Assembly: GCA_046292385.1 (NCBI GenBank)
Contig: JBKBRF010000018.1
Location: 55,446-119,445, forward strand
Source of the DNA: Armatimonadota bacterium
GTDB lineage: Bacteria; Armatimonadota; SYMT01
Length of the DNA stretch: 64,000 bases
Direction of reading: 5' to 3'
In this document: piece after piece, positions 8,951-18,938 of the stretch
Numbering within the stretch: the first letter of the stretch is position 1
Layout of the letters: every line of letters starts with the position of its first letter
Translations under genes and position numbers: made by a program
Notes under the pieces: model-generated
Told to the model about the DNA's origin: nothing
Databases searched by the model: none
Seen by the model: only the letters and a program-made list of their open reading frames with translations

Positions 8951-11821
8951 CTAACCGCAGCCGCTGGTGGCGCCGCAGTTGTCGCAGCGGTAGCAGGCGC
9001 CGGCGCGGACCATGATCATCCCGCACTCGCTGCACGGCGGGGCGTCTTCCTGCAGCTTGGCGACGCTGTGCAGCAGGTCCATCTTGTCGACCGGGTGCAC
9101 GTGGCCGTTTCCGTTGCCGTTCACGTGACCGTTCGTGCCGTTCGCGTGCTTGCTGACCGGCGCGTCCTCGGCCTTCTTCGCCGCTTCGACCATCGTCATC
9201 TCTTCCTGCGGCTGCTCTTCGCGGTCGAGGAACCGGCCGCCGAGCCAGCGGAAGATGTAGTCCATGATCGACTTCGCGAACGGGATGTCGCGGTTGTTGG
9301 TCCAGCCGGACGGCTCAAAGCGCATGTGGCTGAACTTCCGCACCAGCACTTCCAGCGGCACGCCGTACTGCAGCGCCAGGCTCACGCTGGTGGCGAAGGC
9401 GTCCATCAGGCCGGAGATGACGCTGCCTTCCTTCGACATCGTGACGAAGATCTCGCCCGGCATCCCGTCCTCGTAGAGGCCCACGTGGAGGTAACCCTCG
9501 TGGCCGGCGATGCTGAACTTGTGCGTCACGCTGTTGCGCTCGTCCGGCAGGCGGCGGCGGTACGGCTTCGCGGGGAGCTGCGCCACCGCCTGGACCACCA
9601 CTTCCGCGGCCGCGCCCTCCGGCTTCTTCTTCGCCAGCGCCGTGGAGAGCGGCTGGGTCCGCTTGCTGTTGTCGCGGTAGATGGCGATAGCCTTCAGTCC
9701 CAGCTTCCAGGCCTGGTAGTAGGCGTCCGCGATCTCCTCGGCGGTCGCCTCCTCCGGCACGTTCACCGTCTTGGAGATGGCGCCGGAGAGGAACGGCTGC
9801 GCCGCCGCCATCATGCGCACGTGGCCCATGTGGTGGATCGAGCGGGTGCCGTTCTGCGGCCGGAACGCGCAGTCGAACACCGGCAGGTGCTCTTCCTTCA
9901 GGTCCGGAGAGCCCTCGATGGTGCCGTGCTCCTCAATGTACTCCACGATCCGGGAGATCGCCTCGCCGTCGTAGCCCAGCTTCAGGAGCGCCTTCGGCAC
10001 CGTCTGGTTGACGATCTTCAGCACGCCGCCGCCGACCAGCGTCTTGTACTTCACGAGCGCGATGTCCGGCTCGATGCCGGTGGTGTCGCAGTCCATCATG
10101 AAGGCGATGGTGCCGGTCGGCGCGAGTACGGTCGCCTGGCTATTGCGGAACCCGTACAGCTCCCCCAGCTCCAGCGCGTCGTCCCACACTTCGCGGGCGG
10201 CGGCGCCGAGCGTCTCCGGCAGCAGGGAGTGGTCGATCTCCTCCACCGCGTCCCGGTGCATGGAGATCACGTCGAGCATCGGCTCCCGGTTGCGGCGGTA
10301 GCCCGCGAACGGCCCCAGGTGCGCCGCGATCTTGGCCGACTGCCGGTAAGCGGAGCCGGTCATCACCGCGGTCAGGACGCCGGCCAGCGCGCGGCCCTCG
10401 TCACTGTCGTACGGATGGCCCAGTGCCATCAGCAGCGCGCCGAGGTTGGCATAGCCGAGGCCGAGCGGCCGGTAGTCGTGGCTGTTCTCCTCGATCTTTT
10501 CCGTCGGGTAGCTGGCGCGGTCGACCACGATCTCCTGGGCCGTGATCGTCACCTCGCAGGCGTGGACATAGCCGTCCGCGTCGTAGCTGCCGTCCTCGCG
10601 CAGGAACTTCAGCAGGTTGACGGAGGCGAGGTTGCACGCCGTGTCGTCCAGGAACATGTACTCGGAGCACGGGTTGCTGGCGTAGATCCGGTCGGTGTTC
10701 TTGCAGGTGTGCCACCGGTTGATGGTGGTGTCGAACTGCATGCCGGGGTCGCCGCAGACCCAGGTCGACTCGGCGATCTGGCGCAGCACTTCGCGGGCGC
10801 TTAGCGCCTGGCACTTCTCGCCGGTCGTCACCAGGCGGGTCCAGTACTCACCGCCGCGGTCCGCCGCCTGCATGAACTCGTCGGTCACGCGGACGCTGTG
10901 GTTGGCGTTCTGGAAGAAGACGCTGTCATAGGCGCCGCCGGGCACGTTGAAGCCGCCGTCGTAGCCCGCCTCGATGAGGGCCCACGCCTTCTTCTCCTCG
11001 TCCGACTTGGAGTTGACGAACTCCAGGACGTCCGGGTGGTCGACGTTCAGGATCACCATCTTCGCCGCGCGGCGGGTCTTACCGCCGCTCTTGATCACGC
11101 CGGCGAAGGCGTCGTACCCCTTCATGAAGGAGACCGGACCGCTGGCGACGCCGCCGCCGCTGAGCCGCTCCTTGCTGGAGCGGATCCGGGAGAGATTGCT
11201 GCCCGCGCCGGAGCCGCCCTTGAAGAGGCGCGCTTCGGTAGCGGCGAGCCGCATGATGCTCTCCATGTTGTCGTCCACGGAGTTGATGAAGCAGGCGCTG
11301 CACTGCGGGCGCGGGTTGTCCTTCAGGCCCACGTTGAACCAGACCGGGCTGTTGAACGCCATCTTCTGGTGCAGCAGCAGGTGCGTGAGCTCGGCGTGGA
11401 AGATGTCGCCGTCCTCTTCCGTGGCGAAGTAACCGCCGTCCCGCCCCCACTGGGTGATCGTGTCCGCCACGCGGGAGATGAGCTGCTTCACGCTTCGCTC
11501 GCGCTCCGGATCGTCCAGGTGGCCGCGGAAGTACTTGGAGACGACCACCTTGGTCGCCTGCTGGCTCCAGAAGGCGGGGATCTCCACGTCCCGCTGCTCG
11601 AACACCTTCTCCCCGCCCTCGCCGCTGATCGTAGCGGAGCGGAGCTCCCACTCCACCTCGTCGAACGGGTGGACGCCCGCCTGGGTGAAGCGGCGCTGGA
11701 AGGTGAGGCCGCGGAGGTTCTGTTCGTCTCCCCCGCCGCGGCGCCCGCGGCGTCGGGAGCTATTGCGAGGCTTGCCCTCGGAGGCGCGGGCCGCGCCGAG
11801 TCTGTCTTCCGTGACTGCCAT
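8951..11821 (-). CDS. nrdJ: Vitamin B12-dependent (class II) ribonucleotide reductase
   Basis: FNSPVWFN, QCSACFI, GGKTRRAAKM, SNPCSE (intact, no intein), APTGT, C-terminal zinc ribbon; RBS AAAGGCTCC region, next to nrdR. Confidence 0.97.
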   Translation of the reverse strand: MAVTEDRLGAARASEGKPRNSSRRRGRRGGGDEQNLRGLTFQRRFTQAGVHPFDEVEWELRSATISGEGGEKVFEQRDVEIPAFWSQQATKVVVSKYFRGHLDDPERERSVKQLISRVADTITQWGRDGGYFATEEDGDIFHAELTHLLLHQKMAFNSPVWFNVGLKDNPRPQCSACFINSVDDNMESIMRLAATEARLFKGGSGAGSNLSRIRSSKERLSGGGVASGPVSFMKGYDAFAGVIKSGGKTRRAAKMVILNVDHPDVLEFVNSKSDEEKKAWALIEAGYDGGFNVPGGAYDSVFFQNANHSVRVTDEFMQAADRGGEYWTRLVTTGEKCQALSAREVLRQIAESTWVCGDPGMQFDTTINRWHTCKNTDRIYASNPCSEYMFLDDTACNLASVNLLKFLREDGSYDADGYVHACEVTITAQEIVVDRASYPTEKIEENSHDYRPLGLGYANLGALLMALGHPYDSDEGRALAGVLTAVMTGSAYRQSAKIAAHLGPFAGYRRNREPMLDVISMHRDAVEEIDHSLLPETLGAAAREVWDDALELGELYGFRNSQATVLAPTGTIAFMMDCDTTGIEPDIALVKYKTLVGGGVLKIVNQTVPKALLKLGYDGEAISRIVEYIEEHGTIEGSPDLKEEHLPVFDCAFRPQNGTRSIHHMGHVRMMAAAQPFLSGAISKTVNVPEEATAEEIADAYYQAWKLGLKAIAIYRDNSKRTQPLSTALAKKKPEGAAAEVVVQAVAQLPAKPYRRRLPDERNSVTHKFSIAGHEGYLHVGLYEDGMPGEIFVTMSKEGSVISGLMDAFATSVSLALQYGVPLEVLVRKFSHMRFEPSGWTNNRDIPFAKSIMDYIFRWLGGRFLDREEQPQEEMTMVEAAKKAEDAPVSKHANGTNGHVNGNGNGHVHPVDKMDLLHSVAKLQEDAPPCSECGMIMVRAGACYRCDNCGATSGCG

Positions 11822-11893
11822 AAAGGAGCCTTTCGTAGCTTATTAAGAGGCCGTGTTCTTCACGGCGTTTGCAGCATTGCGGCGCGTCGAACA

Positions 11894-11941
11894 CGCCGCC
11901 ATCTGGTGGGCTAGGAGCGCGTAGCACCCCACAGGTAGTGG
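11894..11941. promoter_or_regulatory. Tandem NrdR boxes upstream of nrdJ
   Basis: CGCCGCCATCTGGTGG (11894-11909, degenerate) and ACCCCACAGGTAGTGG (11926-11941), starts 32 bp apart. Confidence 0.6.
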
Positions 11942-12021
11942 TCGGCATCTCCGCTCGTTGCTTACCGGCCGATTTAGGACCGGAAACCGATTTCGTTCGT
12001 CCGAGGGGCTGTTTCGTCCGG

Positions 12022-12534
12022 CTAAGCCGGCTCCGACCCGCCTCGTCGTGCCTGGCGGCGCCCACCGGGGCGCCCTCGTCTGGATTCCGGACGCAGGACG
12101 TCGAGCAGCTCGTGGAACTGCGTCAGGTCCTGGAAGTCCCGGTAGACCGATGCAAATCGCACGTAGGCCACCGGGTCGATGCCGCGCAGGGCATCCATCA
12201 CCATCTCTCCCACCACCGCGGCCTGGACCTCATGCTCGCCGCGATCGTAGAGATCTCGCTCGATCTGGTCGACGATCCCCTCCAGCGTCTCCTGGCTGAC
12301 CGGCCGCTTGCGGGCTGCCAGCTCCAGGCCGCGGAGCACCTTCTGACGGTCGAAGCTCTCCCTCCGGCCGTCCTTCTTCACCACCTTCACCCGCCGCTCG
12401 TCGATCTGCTCGTACGTGGTATAGCGGCGCCCGCACCCCAGGCATTCCCGGCGGCGCTTGATCGCCTCGCCCTCCCGCACCATGCGGGACTCCAGGACTC
12501 GGTCTTCCAGGAATTGACAGAATGGGCACTTCAC
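12022..12534 (-). CDS. nrdR: Transcriptional repressor NrdR
   Basis: GTG start giving MKCPFC...RRRECLGCGRRYTTYE; ATP cone VVKKDGRRESFDRQK; VAYVRFASVY. Confidence 0.97.
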   Translation of the reverse strand: MKCPFCQFLEDRVLESRMVREGEAIKRRRECLGCGRRYTTYEQIDERRVKVVKKDGRRESFDRQKVLRGLELAARKRPVSQETLEGIVDQIERDLYDRGEHEVQAAVVGEMVMDALRGIDPVAYVRFASVYRDFQDLTQFHELLDVLRPESRRGRPGGRRQARRGGSEPA

Positions 12535-12592
12535 GGCAAGGGGTGAGACGGGCCACTGAACCGCCGCCGCCACTTACTTGTTCGGCAGGCTG

Positions 12593-12672
12593 GCGCTACA
12601 TGTAGCAGGCGATTCTCAGCACCGCACTACATCTGGTGTGAAAAGTCTATACCACCCCGCGCCGGAAGCCAA
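12593..12672 (-). promoter_or_regulatory. nrdR promoter with two NrdR boxes
   Basis: Minus-strand TTGGCT-17 bp-TAGACT (12672-12644); boxes GCACTACATCTGGTGT (12624-12639) and GCGCTACATGTAGCAG (12593-12608), starts 31 bp apart. Confidence 0.75.
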
Positions 12673-13015
12673 CCTCTTTTTGCTCGCGGAGCGGGCGGGC
12701 GCGGTTCGGCCGGGGCGCCGCGGGAGCCGTCCGGCCGGCGTCCTCGCCCGGCAGGTATGCCCTATGTCCGGCCCCCCGTACCGGCACTCCTGCCGGGCTC
12801 CCGGAGCCCCACGCGTAGCCGGAGGAGAGAAAGATTGAGAACCCGATTCGCCGCGGCGGAACTCGTGCGTGAACGTACGCTCCGGTAACCTCTTGTTACG
12901 ATTCCTGGTCCGGTTAGGAGGCCGCGGCGGCGCTCCCGGGCGGTTTTCCGCTCTGGTCCGAGATTGAGGGTGAGCCGGCCCGGAGACCGGGTAAACCTGC
13001 GGTTGGAGGACCGGG

Positions 13016-14290
13016 ATGCGGCGCGAGCGAGCCTTTCAGCTATTGGAGATGTTCGAGGTCCCGATCATCGGGGGCCGTTGGCTGCTCGTGGCAGCGGCCG
13101 CCGTGGAGACCGTACTGGTCTACTTCAGTGAAACGCTCTCCACGCAGGCAATCACCGCGCTGGTGCTCCTGGCGATCTACAGCGCGATCTCGCTGGTGGC
13201 GGTGCACCGGCTCGACCTCCGCCGCGTGCCCCTGGGATTGATGCTGCTGCTGGACCTCGTCTTCGTGGCGCTGGTGGCGGAGTACACCGGACGGGCCCAC
13301 AGCCCCTTCCTGGGGCAGTACTTCCTCATCATCTTCGCCGGGGCGCTCTTCTACGGACTTAGGGGTGGGGTCCTGGTCGGCTCCCTCGCTTCGGTGGCGA
13401 CGCTGATCCTTGCGTGGAGGGACCCGGGTGGCATGTCGAGTGAGATCCGGGATCTCGTTCCTTACTTCCCTATCAGCGGCCTCTTCACCGGGTACCTAGT
13501 TGACCGCCTGCGGGCGTCGGTCCGCCGCTATCAGGAGACGCTCGACCTTACGCGCGAGGCGGATGTGCGGGAGGAGGGCGTGCGACGGGACATGAAGCTG
13601 GCCCGGAGGATGCAGGAAGCCACGCTCCCCAAGGCGCTTCCGCAGCGCGCCCCGTTCGAGATCGCCGCGCGGTTCGAGCCGGCGCGGGAAGTGGGCGGCG
13701 ACTTCTACCAGTTCCTCCAGTCGGAGCAAGTCCTGGGCGTCGTCATCGGGGACGTCGCCGGAAAGGGGGTCCAGGCGGCGCTCGCCTCGACCAGCATCGG
13801 GCACCTGTTCCCGTGGCTGCGCCCGCTGGATGACCCGGCCCGGGCCCTGGAGGATTTGAACCGCGACCTCGTCGAGCGTCTTCCCCGGGAAGCGTTCGCC
13901 AGCCTCACCCTGGCGGAGTTGCTGCCGGAGCCGGGGGTAATCCGGCTCTGGAACGCGGGCCATCCGCCCGCGATGCTCTGGAGTGCCGGGACGAAGCAGG
14001 TATCGGAAGCCCAGGTCTTCAACCTGCTGCTCGGCATCGCCGCGGAACGCTCCTACACCTCGGAGACCCTGCCGTTCGGGCCCGGCGACGTGCTGCTCCT
14101 GTACTCCGACGGGCTGATCGAAGCTCCGAACGAGCGGGGCGAGCAGTTTGAAACCGAGCGCGTCGCCGAGTGTCTGTCCGGCTCAGCCGGGGAGCCGGCC
14201 GAGGCGATTGCCGAGAGCCTGATCCGCGCCGTCACCGGCTGGGGAACCGTGATCGACGACCTGACCGTGGTAGTAGTCAAGCACCTCTGA
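13016..14290 (+). CDS. Membrane-bound PP2C/SpoIIE (RsbU-like) serine phosphatase
   Basis: About 5 TM helices, then EVGGDFY, IGDVAGKG, NAGHPP, YSDGL, DDLT. Confidence 0.92.
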   Translation: MRRERAFQLLEMFEVPIIGGRWLLVAAAAVETVLVYFSETLSTQAITALVLLAIYSAISLVAVHRLDLRRVPLGLMLLLDLVFVALVAEYTGRAHSPFLGQYFLIIFAGALFYGLRGGVLVGSLASVATLILAWRDPGGMSSEIRDLVPYFPISGLFTGYLVDRLRASVRRYQETLDLTREADVREEGVRRDMKLARRMQEATLPKALPQRAPFEIAARFEPAREVGGDFYQFLQSEQVLGVVIGDVAGKGVQAALASTSIGHLFPWLRPLDDPARALEDLNRDLVERLPREAFASLTLAELLPEPGVIRLWNAGHPPAMLWSAGTKQVSEAQVFNLLLGIAAERSYTSETLPFGPGDVLLLYSDGLIEAPNERGEQFETERVAECLSGSAGEPAEAIAESLIRAVTGWGTVIDDLTVVVVKHL

Positions 14291-14340
14291 GCCGTGCTTT
14301 CGTGCGGCAGAAGCAGGGAAATCGGATCCGCTCGCGGCAA

Positions 14341-14369
14341 TTGACCTGCCCAGAACGCCTATCTATAAT
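14341..14369 (+). promoter_or_regulatory. Sigma70-type promoter of topA
   Basis: TTGACC-17 bp-TATAAT. Confidence 0.8.
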
Positions 14370-14503
14370 GACCCGACACGCTTGGAGCCCCGGTTCCAGG
14401 CGTCAAGCTCCCGACATTTTTCCGCCGGATCTAAGATCCGGATGGCCGATCTGACCCGGCCGGTACCGGCCCGTGCCGCCGCCGCGAGCACCCGGAGGTT
14501 CTG

Positions 14504-16918
14504 ATGTCCAAGACCGCCAGGCAAAAAGACCTGATCATCGTCGAGTCTCCCGCCAAGACGAAGACGCTCGCCTCTTTCCTGGGGAACAACTACGACATCC
14601 GCGCCTCCATGGGGCACGTCCGCGATCTGCCGAAGAGCAAGATCGGAGTCGACGTGGAGCACGGGTTCGAGCCGAGCTACACCACGATCCCGGAGCGGCG
14701 CAACGTCATCTCCGAGCTGAAGAAGGCGGCGGAGAACAGCCGCACCGTCTACCTCGCCTCCGACCCGGACCGCGAGGGAGAGGCGATCGCCTGGCACCTG
14801 GCGGAGGTGCTGAAGGCGAAGAACATCCAGCGCATCGAGTTCAACGAGATCACGAAGCGCGCCGTGCAGGATGCCCTGCAGCACCCGCGGACGATCAACC
14901 TCGACCGCGTCAACGCCCAGCAGGCGCGGCGCGTGCTGGACCGGCTCGTCGGCTACAAGCTGAGCCCGCTGCTCTGGAAGAAGATCCAGAAGAACCTCTC
15001 CGCCGGCCGCGTGCAGAGCGTGGCGCTGCGCCTCGTCGTAGAGCGCGAGCGGGAGATCCAGCGCTTCGTCTCGGAGGAGTACTGGTCGCTGGCTGCCCAG
15101 CTCACTCCCTCCACCAAAGAGCATCCGTTCCTGGCGCGGCTGGTGCAGGTGGCCGGCAAGAAGGCGGAGCTGAAGGAGCAGGAGAGCGTCGAGCAGATCG
15201 TACAGCGCCTCGGCTACACCATCACGCGCACGGAAGAGGGCAAGTTCGCCGCCGCCGCGCTCCAGTCGGCCGCCGCGCCGGAGTGGCGCGTCAGCGACGT
15301 GCGGCGCAAGGAGCAGAAGCGCAACCCGGCGCCGCCGTTCATCACCAGCACCCTGCAGCAGGAGGCGGCCCGGAAGCTCGGCTTCAGCGCCCGCCGCGCC
15401 ATGCAGACCGCCCAGCAGCTCTACGAAGGCGTCGAGCTCGGCGGCCAGGGACACGTCGGTCTCATTACCTACATGCGAACCGACTCGGTCACCGTCTCGC
15501 AGGATGCCCAGGCGGAAGCACGCGACTACATCGCGCAGCGCCACGGCGACCGCTACGTGCCGGAGAGCCCGCGGCAGTACAAGGCGCGCAAGGGCGCCCA
15601 GGAAGCGCACGAGGCGATCCGCCCCACCTCCGTCTTCCGGACGCCGGACCAGGTTCGAGAACACCTGACCTCGGATCAGTTCCGGCTCTACCAGCTGATC
15701 TGGCTTCGCTTCGTCGCCAGCCAGATGGCCTCCGCGGTGTTCGACGTGACGACAGTCGACATCTCGGTGCTCGACCTCCTCTTCCGCGCCACCGGCCGGG
15801 TCGTCAAGTTCGACGGCTTCATGGCGATCTACACGGAAGGGCGGGACGACCGCACCCGCGAGGAGCAGGAAGAGGACGACGACGAAGGCCGCACCCTGCC
15901 GGCGCTCTCCGAAAGCGATCTCCTGCGGCTGCTGCAGCTCCTGCCGGGACAGCACTTCACCGAGCCGCCGCCCCGCTTCACCGAAGCGACGCTGGTCCGC
16001 GCGCTGGAAGAGAAGGGGATCGGCCGGCCCAGTACCTACGCCCAGATCCTCTCCACCATCCTGGACCGCGGCTACGTGCTGCTGGAGGAGAAGCGGTTCA
16101 AGCCGACCGACCTCGGCTGCGTGGTGAACGACCAGCTCGTCCGCCACTTCCCGGACGTGGTGAGCGCCGACTTTACGGCGAAGATCGAGCAGCACCTGGA
16201 CGACATCGCCACGGGAGAGCGCGAGTGGGTACAGGTGCTCCAGGAGTTCTACGATCCGTTCCAGCACGACCTGGAGCGGGCCGAGACCGAGATGGAGCGC
16301 GTGAAGCCGGAAGCGGAAGAGACCGACATCCCCTGTCCGCAGTGCGGGCGGAACATGCTGATCCGCTCCAGCCGCTACGGCAAGTTCCTCGGCTGCTCCG
16401 GGTTCCCGGAGTGCCGCCACACCATGCAGATGGCGCCGGAAGGCGGTGAGGAAGGCGCCGAGGAGACGATGGACTGCCCGGACTGCGGCAAGCCGATGCA
16501 GAAGCGCCGCGGACGCTTCGGCGAGTTCTGGGGCTGCACCGGCTATCCGGAGTGCAAGAAGATCGTCGACCCGAAGAAGAAGGACCTGCCCCCGCCGGAT
16601 CCCGACTTCTCCATGCCCTGCCCGCGCCCCGGCTGCGGCGGCACGGTGACGGCGAAGCACTCCCGCGCCGGTAAGGTCTTCTACGGCTGCTCCAACTACG
16701 CTTCCAAGCCGAAGTGCGACTACGTGGCGTTCTCGCGCCCGCAACCGGACCAGCCGTGCGAGACATGCGGCTTCCCGAAGGCGGAGCAGGTCTTCCGCGG
16801 CCAGAGCAAGGGCTTCAAGTGCACCAACTCCGCCTGCGCGGAGGGTCCGGCGCCCGCCGCCAAGAAGGCGGGAGGGAAGACGCCTCGCGGCCGGGCGAAG
16901 GCTTCGGCTTCCAAGTAA
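14504..16918 (+). CDS. topA: DNA topoisomerase I (type IA) with C-terminal zinc ribbons
   Basis: LIIVESPAK, SDPDREGEAI, SAGRVQS, ITYMRTDS, EAHEAIRPT, GIGRPSTY, repeated C4 zinc ribbons. Confidence 0.98.
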   Translation: MSKTARQKDLIIVESPAKTKTLASFLGNNYDIRASMGHVRDLPKSKIGVDVEHGFEPSYTTIPERRNVISELKKAAENSRTVYLASDPDREGEAIAWHLAEVLKAKNIQRIEFNEITKRAVQDALQHPRTINLDRVNAQQARRVLDRLVGYKLSPLLWKKIQKNLSAGRVQSVALRLVVEREREIQRFVSEEYWSLAAQLTPSTKEHPFLARLVQVAGKKAELKEQESVEQIVQRLGYTITRTEEGKFAAAALQSAAAPEWRVSDVRRKEQKRNPAPPFITSTLQQEAARKLGFSARRAMQTAQQLYEGVELGGQGHVGLITYMRTDSVTVSQDAQAEARDYIAQRHGDRYVPESPRQYKARKGAQEAHEAIRPTSVFRTPDQVREHLTSDQFRLYQLIWLRFVASQMASAVFDVTTVDISVLDLLFRATGRVVKFDGFMAIYTEGRDDRTREEQEEDDDEGRTLPALSESDLLRLLQLLPGQHFTEPPPRFTEATLVRALEEKGIGRPSTYAQILSTILDRGYVLLEEKRFKPTDLGCVVNDQLVRHFPDVVSADFTAKIEQHLDDIATGEREWVQVLQEFYDPFQHDLERAETEMERVKPEAEETDIPCPQCGRNMLIRSSRYGKFLGCSGFPECRHTMQMAPEGGEEGAEETMDCPDCGKPMQKRRGRFGEFWGCTGYPECKKIVDPKKKDLPPPDPDFSMPCPRPGCGGTVTAKHSRAGKVFYGCSNYASKPKCDYVAFSRPQPDQPCETCGFPKAEQVFRGQSKGFKCTNSACAEGPAPAAKKAGGKTPRGRAKASASK

Positions 16919-17132
16919 GGATGAGCTTGCGGCCGGGGGCCTCGCGTCCCCGGCCGTTTCTCATCGTCCCCCTGGCTTTTCCAGGTCTCTGCGGGAGCCC
17001 TTCCCGACCCGTGAGGCGCATCCCGCTCCCTCGCTCCCGCCGGCGGCCCTCCCGACACACTCCGCCGCCCCTTTCCGTTTCGCTGCGGTCCGTCAGCGGG
17101 CCGCAGCCGGGTTCCGCGTCTCACCGCCGACG

Positions 17133-17172
17133 AGAAACGGGGGCTACGCAAATGAATGCGCAGCCCCCGTTC
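17133..17172 (-). terminator. Probable terminator between convergent topA and Gfo/Idh/MocA genes
   Basis: AACGGGGGCTACGCA / TGCGCAGCCCCCGTT stem. Confidence 0.55.
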
Positions 17173-17288
17173 TGTTCGGCTCGCCGCGCTCTGGGGAGAC
17201 TCCCCATCGCCAGGCTCACCGAAATCGGGTCGAAGTAGCGGCCAAACGAGCCCCTACACCCTAACCCCTAAACCCTGGTCCCTGGGCG

Positions 17289-18608
17289 CTAGCCCAGCTT
17301 CCACTTGCCGCGGTAGGGACGATTCAGCATGCGGTTCGCTTCGTCGTCGTCCTTGAACTTCTCGGCCTTCGGATCCCACTCCATCTTCCGGCCGCCAAGG
17401 CGCAGGGAGATGTTGCCGATGTGGCAGACGGTCGCGGAGCGATGCCCCACTTCGGCGTTACAGATCGGGTCCTTCCGGCTCTCAATGCAGTCGAGCCAGT
17501 TCTGGTAGTGGTTGTCGCTCTTGTAGAGGCGAATCGCGCTGCTGGGCAGCGGATCGTCGAGCAGGCGCTGATCGCTCGCCTCGATCTTGCCGCGGGTGAC
17601 GAAGATCCAGCCGTCCTCGCCCTCGAAGCGGATCCCGTTCTCGCCCCGGTGGGTGGCAATGAGCGGCACGCCGTTCGCGTAGGTGTAGGTCACCTCGAAG
17701 TCGGTCGCCGTGTTGTAGCCGCGGGCATCTGCCGGGAGCACGCCGCGGGACTCGACCCACTGGGGACCGCTCTCGTCCATGCCGAGCGCCCACTGGGAGA
17801 TGTCGAGGTGGTGCGCGCCCCAGTCGGTCATCATCCCGCCGGAGTACTCATACCAGTGGCGGAAGCTGCCGTGGGTGCGCTCCGGCACGTACTCCGCCCA
17901 CTGGGTGGGGCCGAGCCAGAAGTCCCAGTCGAAGTCGCTCGGGACTGGCTTCACGGCGAAGGGTCCGCCCTTGGAGCCGTTCGGCAGCCGGGCTTCCACT
18001 CGCTTCAGCTTGCCGATGCGGCCGTTCCGCACCAGCTCGCAAGCGAGGCGGAAGCGCGCGTCGGACCGCTGCTGGCTGCCGGTCTGGAAGACGCGGCGGG
18101 TCTTGGCCTGCGTCTTCACGATCGCCTTGCCCTCGTCCACCGTGAGGGTCAGCGGCTTCTCGCAGTAGACGTCCTTGCCCTTCTTCATCGCCTCGACGGC
18201 GATGATGGCGTGCCAGTGGTCCGGCGTGCCGATGACGACGGCGTCCACGTCCTCGTCCCGGAGCAGCTCACGGAAGTCGTGGTACTCCTTGCAGTGGCTG
18301 CCGAACGAGTTGGCGGCTTCCTTGGCGTGGGTGTGGTCCACGTCGCAGCAGGCGACCACTTCGACAGCGTCTTTGCCGGTGTTCTTGATTCCGCGGGTGA
18401 CGCCGAGTCCCTGGCGGAACCCGCCTTTGCTGCCGCCGGGGCCGATGCAGGCGATGTTGAGGCGCTCGTTCGCGCCGGTGCGCTTCTTGCGGCTACCGTT
18501 CTCGCCGGCCTGCGCCTCGCTGGCATACCACGCGGGAAGCGTGGTGAGCGATGCGACAGTGGCGGAACGGATGAGGAAATTGCGCCGCGAAAGGTCGTTC
18601 GAGCTCAA
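17289..18608 (-). CDS. Tat-exported Gfo/Idh/MocA oxidoreductase
   Basis: SRRNFL Tat motif, GTPDHWH, CEKP, DWGAHHLD; TTG start at 18608 after AGGAG. Confidence 0.92.
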   Translation of the reverse strand: MSSNDLSRRNFLIRSATVASLTTLPAWYASEAQAGENGSRKKRTGANERLNIACIGPGGSKGGFRQGLGVTRGIKNTGKDAVEVVACCDVDHTHAKEAANSFGSHCKEYHDFRELLRDEDVDAVVIGTPDHWHAIIAVEAMKKGKDVYCEKPLTLTVDEGKAIVKTQAKTRRVFQTGSQQRSDARFRLACELVRNGRIGKLKRVEARLPNGSKGGPFAVKPVPSDFDWDFWLGPTQWAEYVPERTHGSFRHWYEYSGGMMTDWGAHHLDISQWALGMDESGPQWVESRGVLPADARGYNTATDFEVTYTYANGVPLIATHRGENGIRFEGEDGWIFVTRGKIEASDQRLLDDPLPSSAIRLYKSDNHYQNWLDCIESRKDPICNAEVGHRSATVCHIGNISLRLGGRKMEWDPKAEKFKDDDEANRMLNRPYRGKWKLG

Positions 18609-18938
18609 GTCTCTTCTCCTCGATGGGGTTCTGTACAAAAACTCGCTGAGTTCTCGCTAAGGGTAGGTTCCGGGTCGGAGAAGCCGTCCCCTCCTTCTGC
18701 CGGCGGTGGCGCATATTGAGGAGTAGTTGGCTTCTCGGACATAGTGCGTCGTGTATCCAGCTGGGCGACGCAGCGGCGCCTGCCGTGCGCGGCACCCTGC
18801 GGGCGGTCCTGAAACTTTCTTTCAATGGCCTCTCCTCCGGGTAGTCTGGCTGGGCCGGACCGTAAGCTCCGGTTCAGTCTCAACGGGCCTGGCACCTCCA
18901 CTCCTCTCGAGGGCCTCCCGCATCGACCCGGGAATACG

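Noticed and set aside
8951..11821. Intein or intron in nrdJ
   Set aside because: Length is normal and the catalytic motifs are uninterrupted.
11822..12021. Cobalamin riboswitch upstream of nrdJ
   Set aside because: No B12-box consensus visible; the region is explained by NrdR boxes.
14363..16744. Long antisense ORFs (also 9068-10804, 24586-27492, 33445-35571, 53596-55302, 4386-5657)
   Set aside because: Shadow frames opposite well-supported genes, expected in high-GC DNA with strong codon bias; no protein motifs.
17176..17245. Possible SAH or ZTP riboswitch (GCCAGGCTC next to a GGGGA/TCCCC hairpin)
   Set aside because: Other conserved segments are missing and it lies between convergent gene ends with no gene to regulate.
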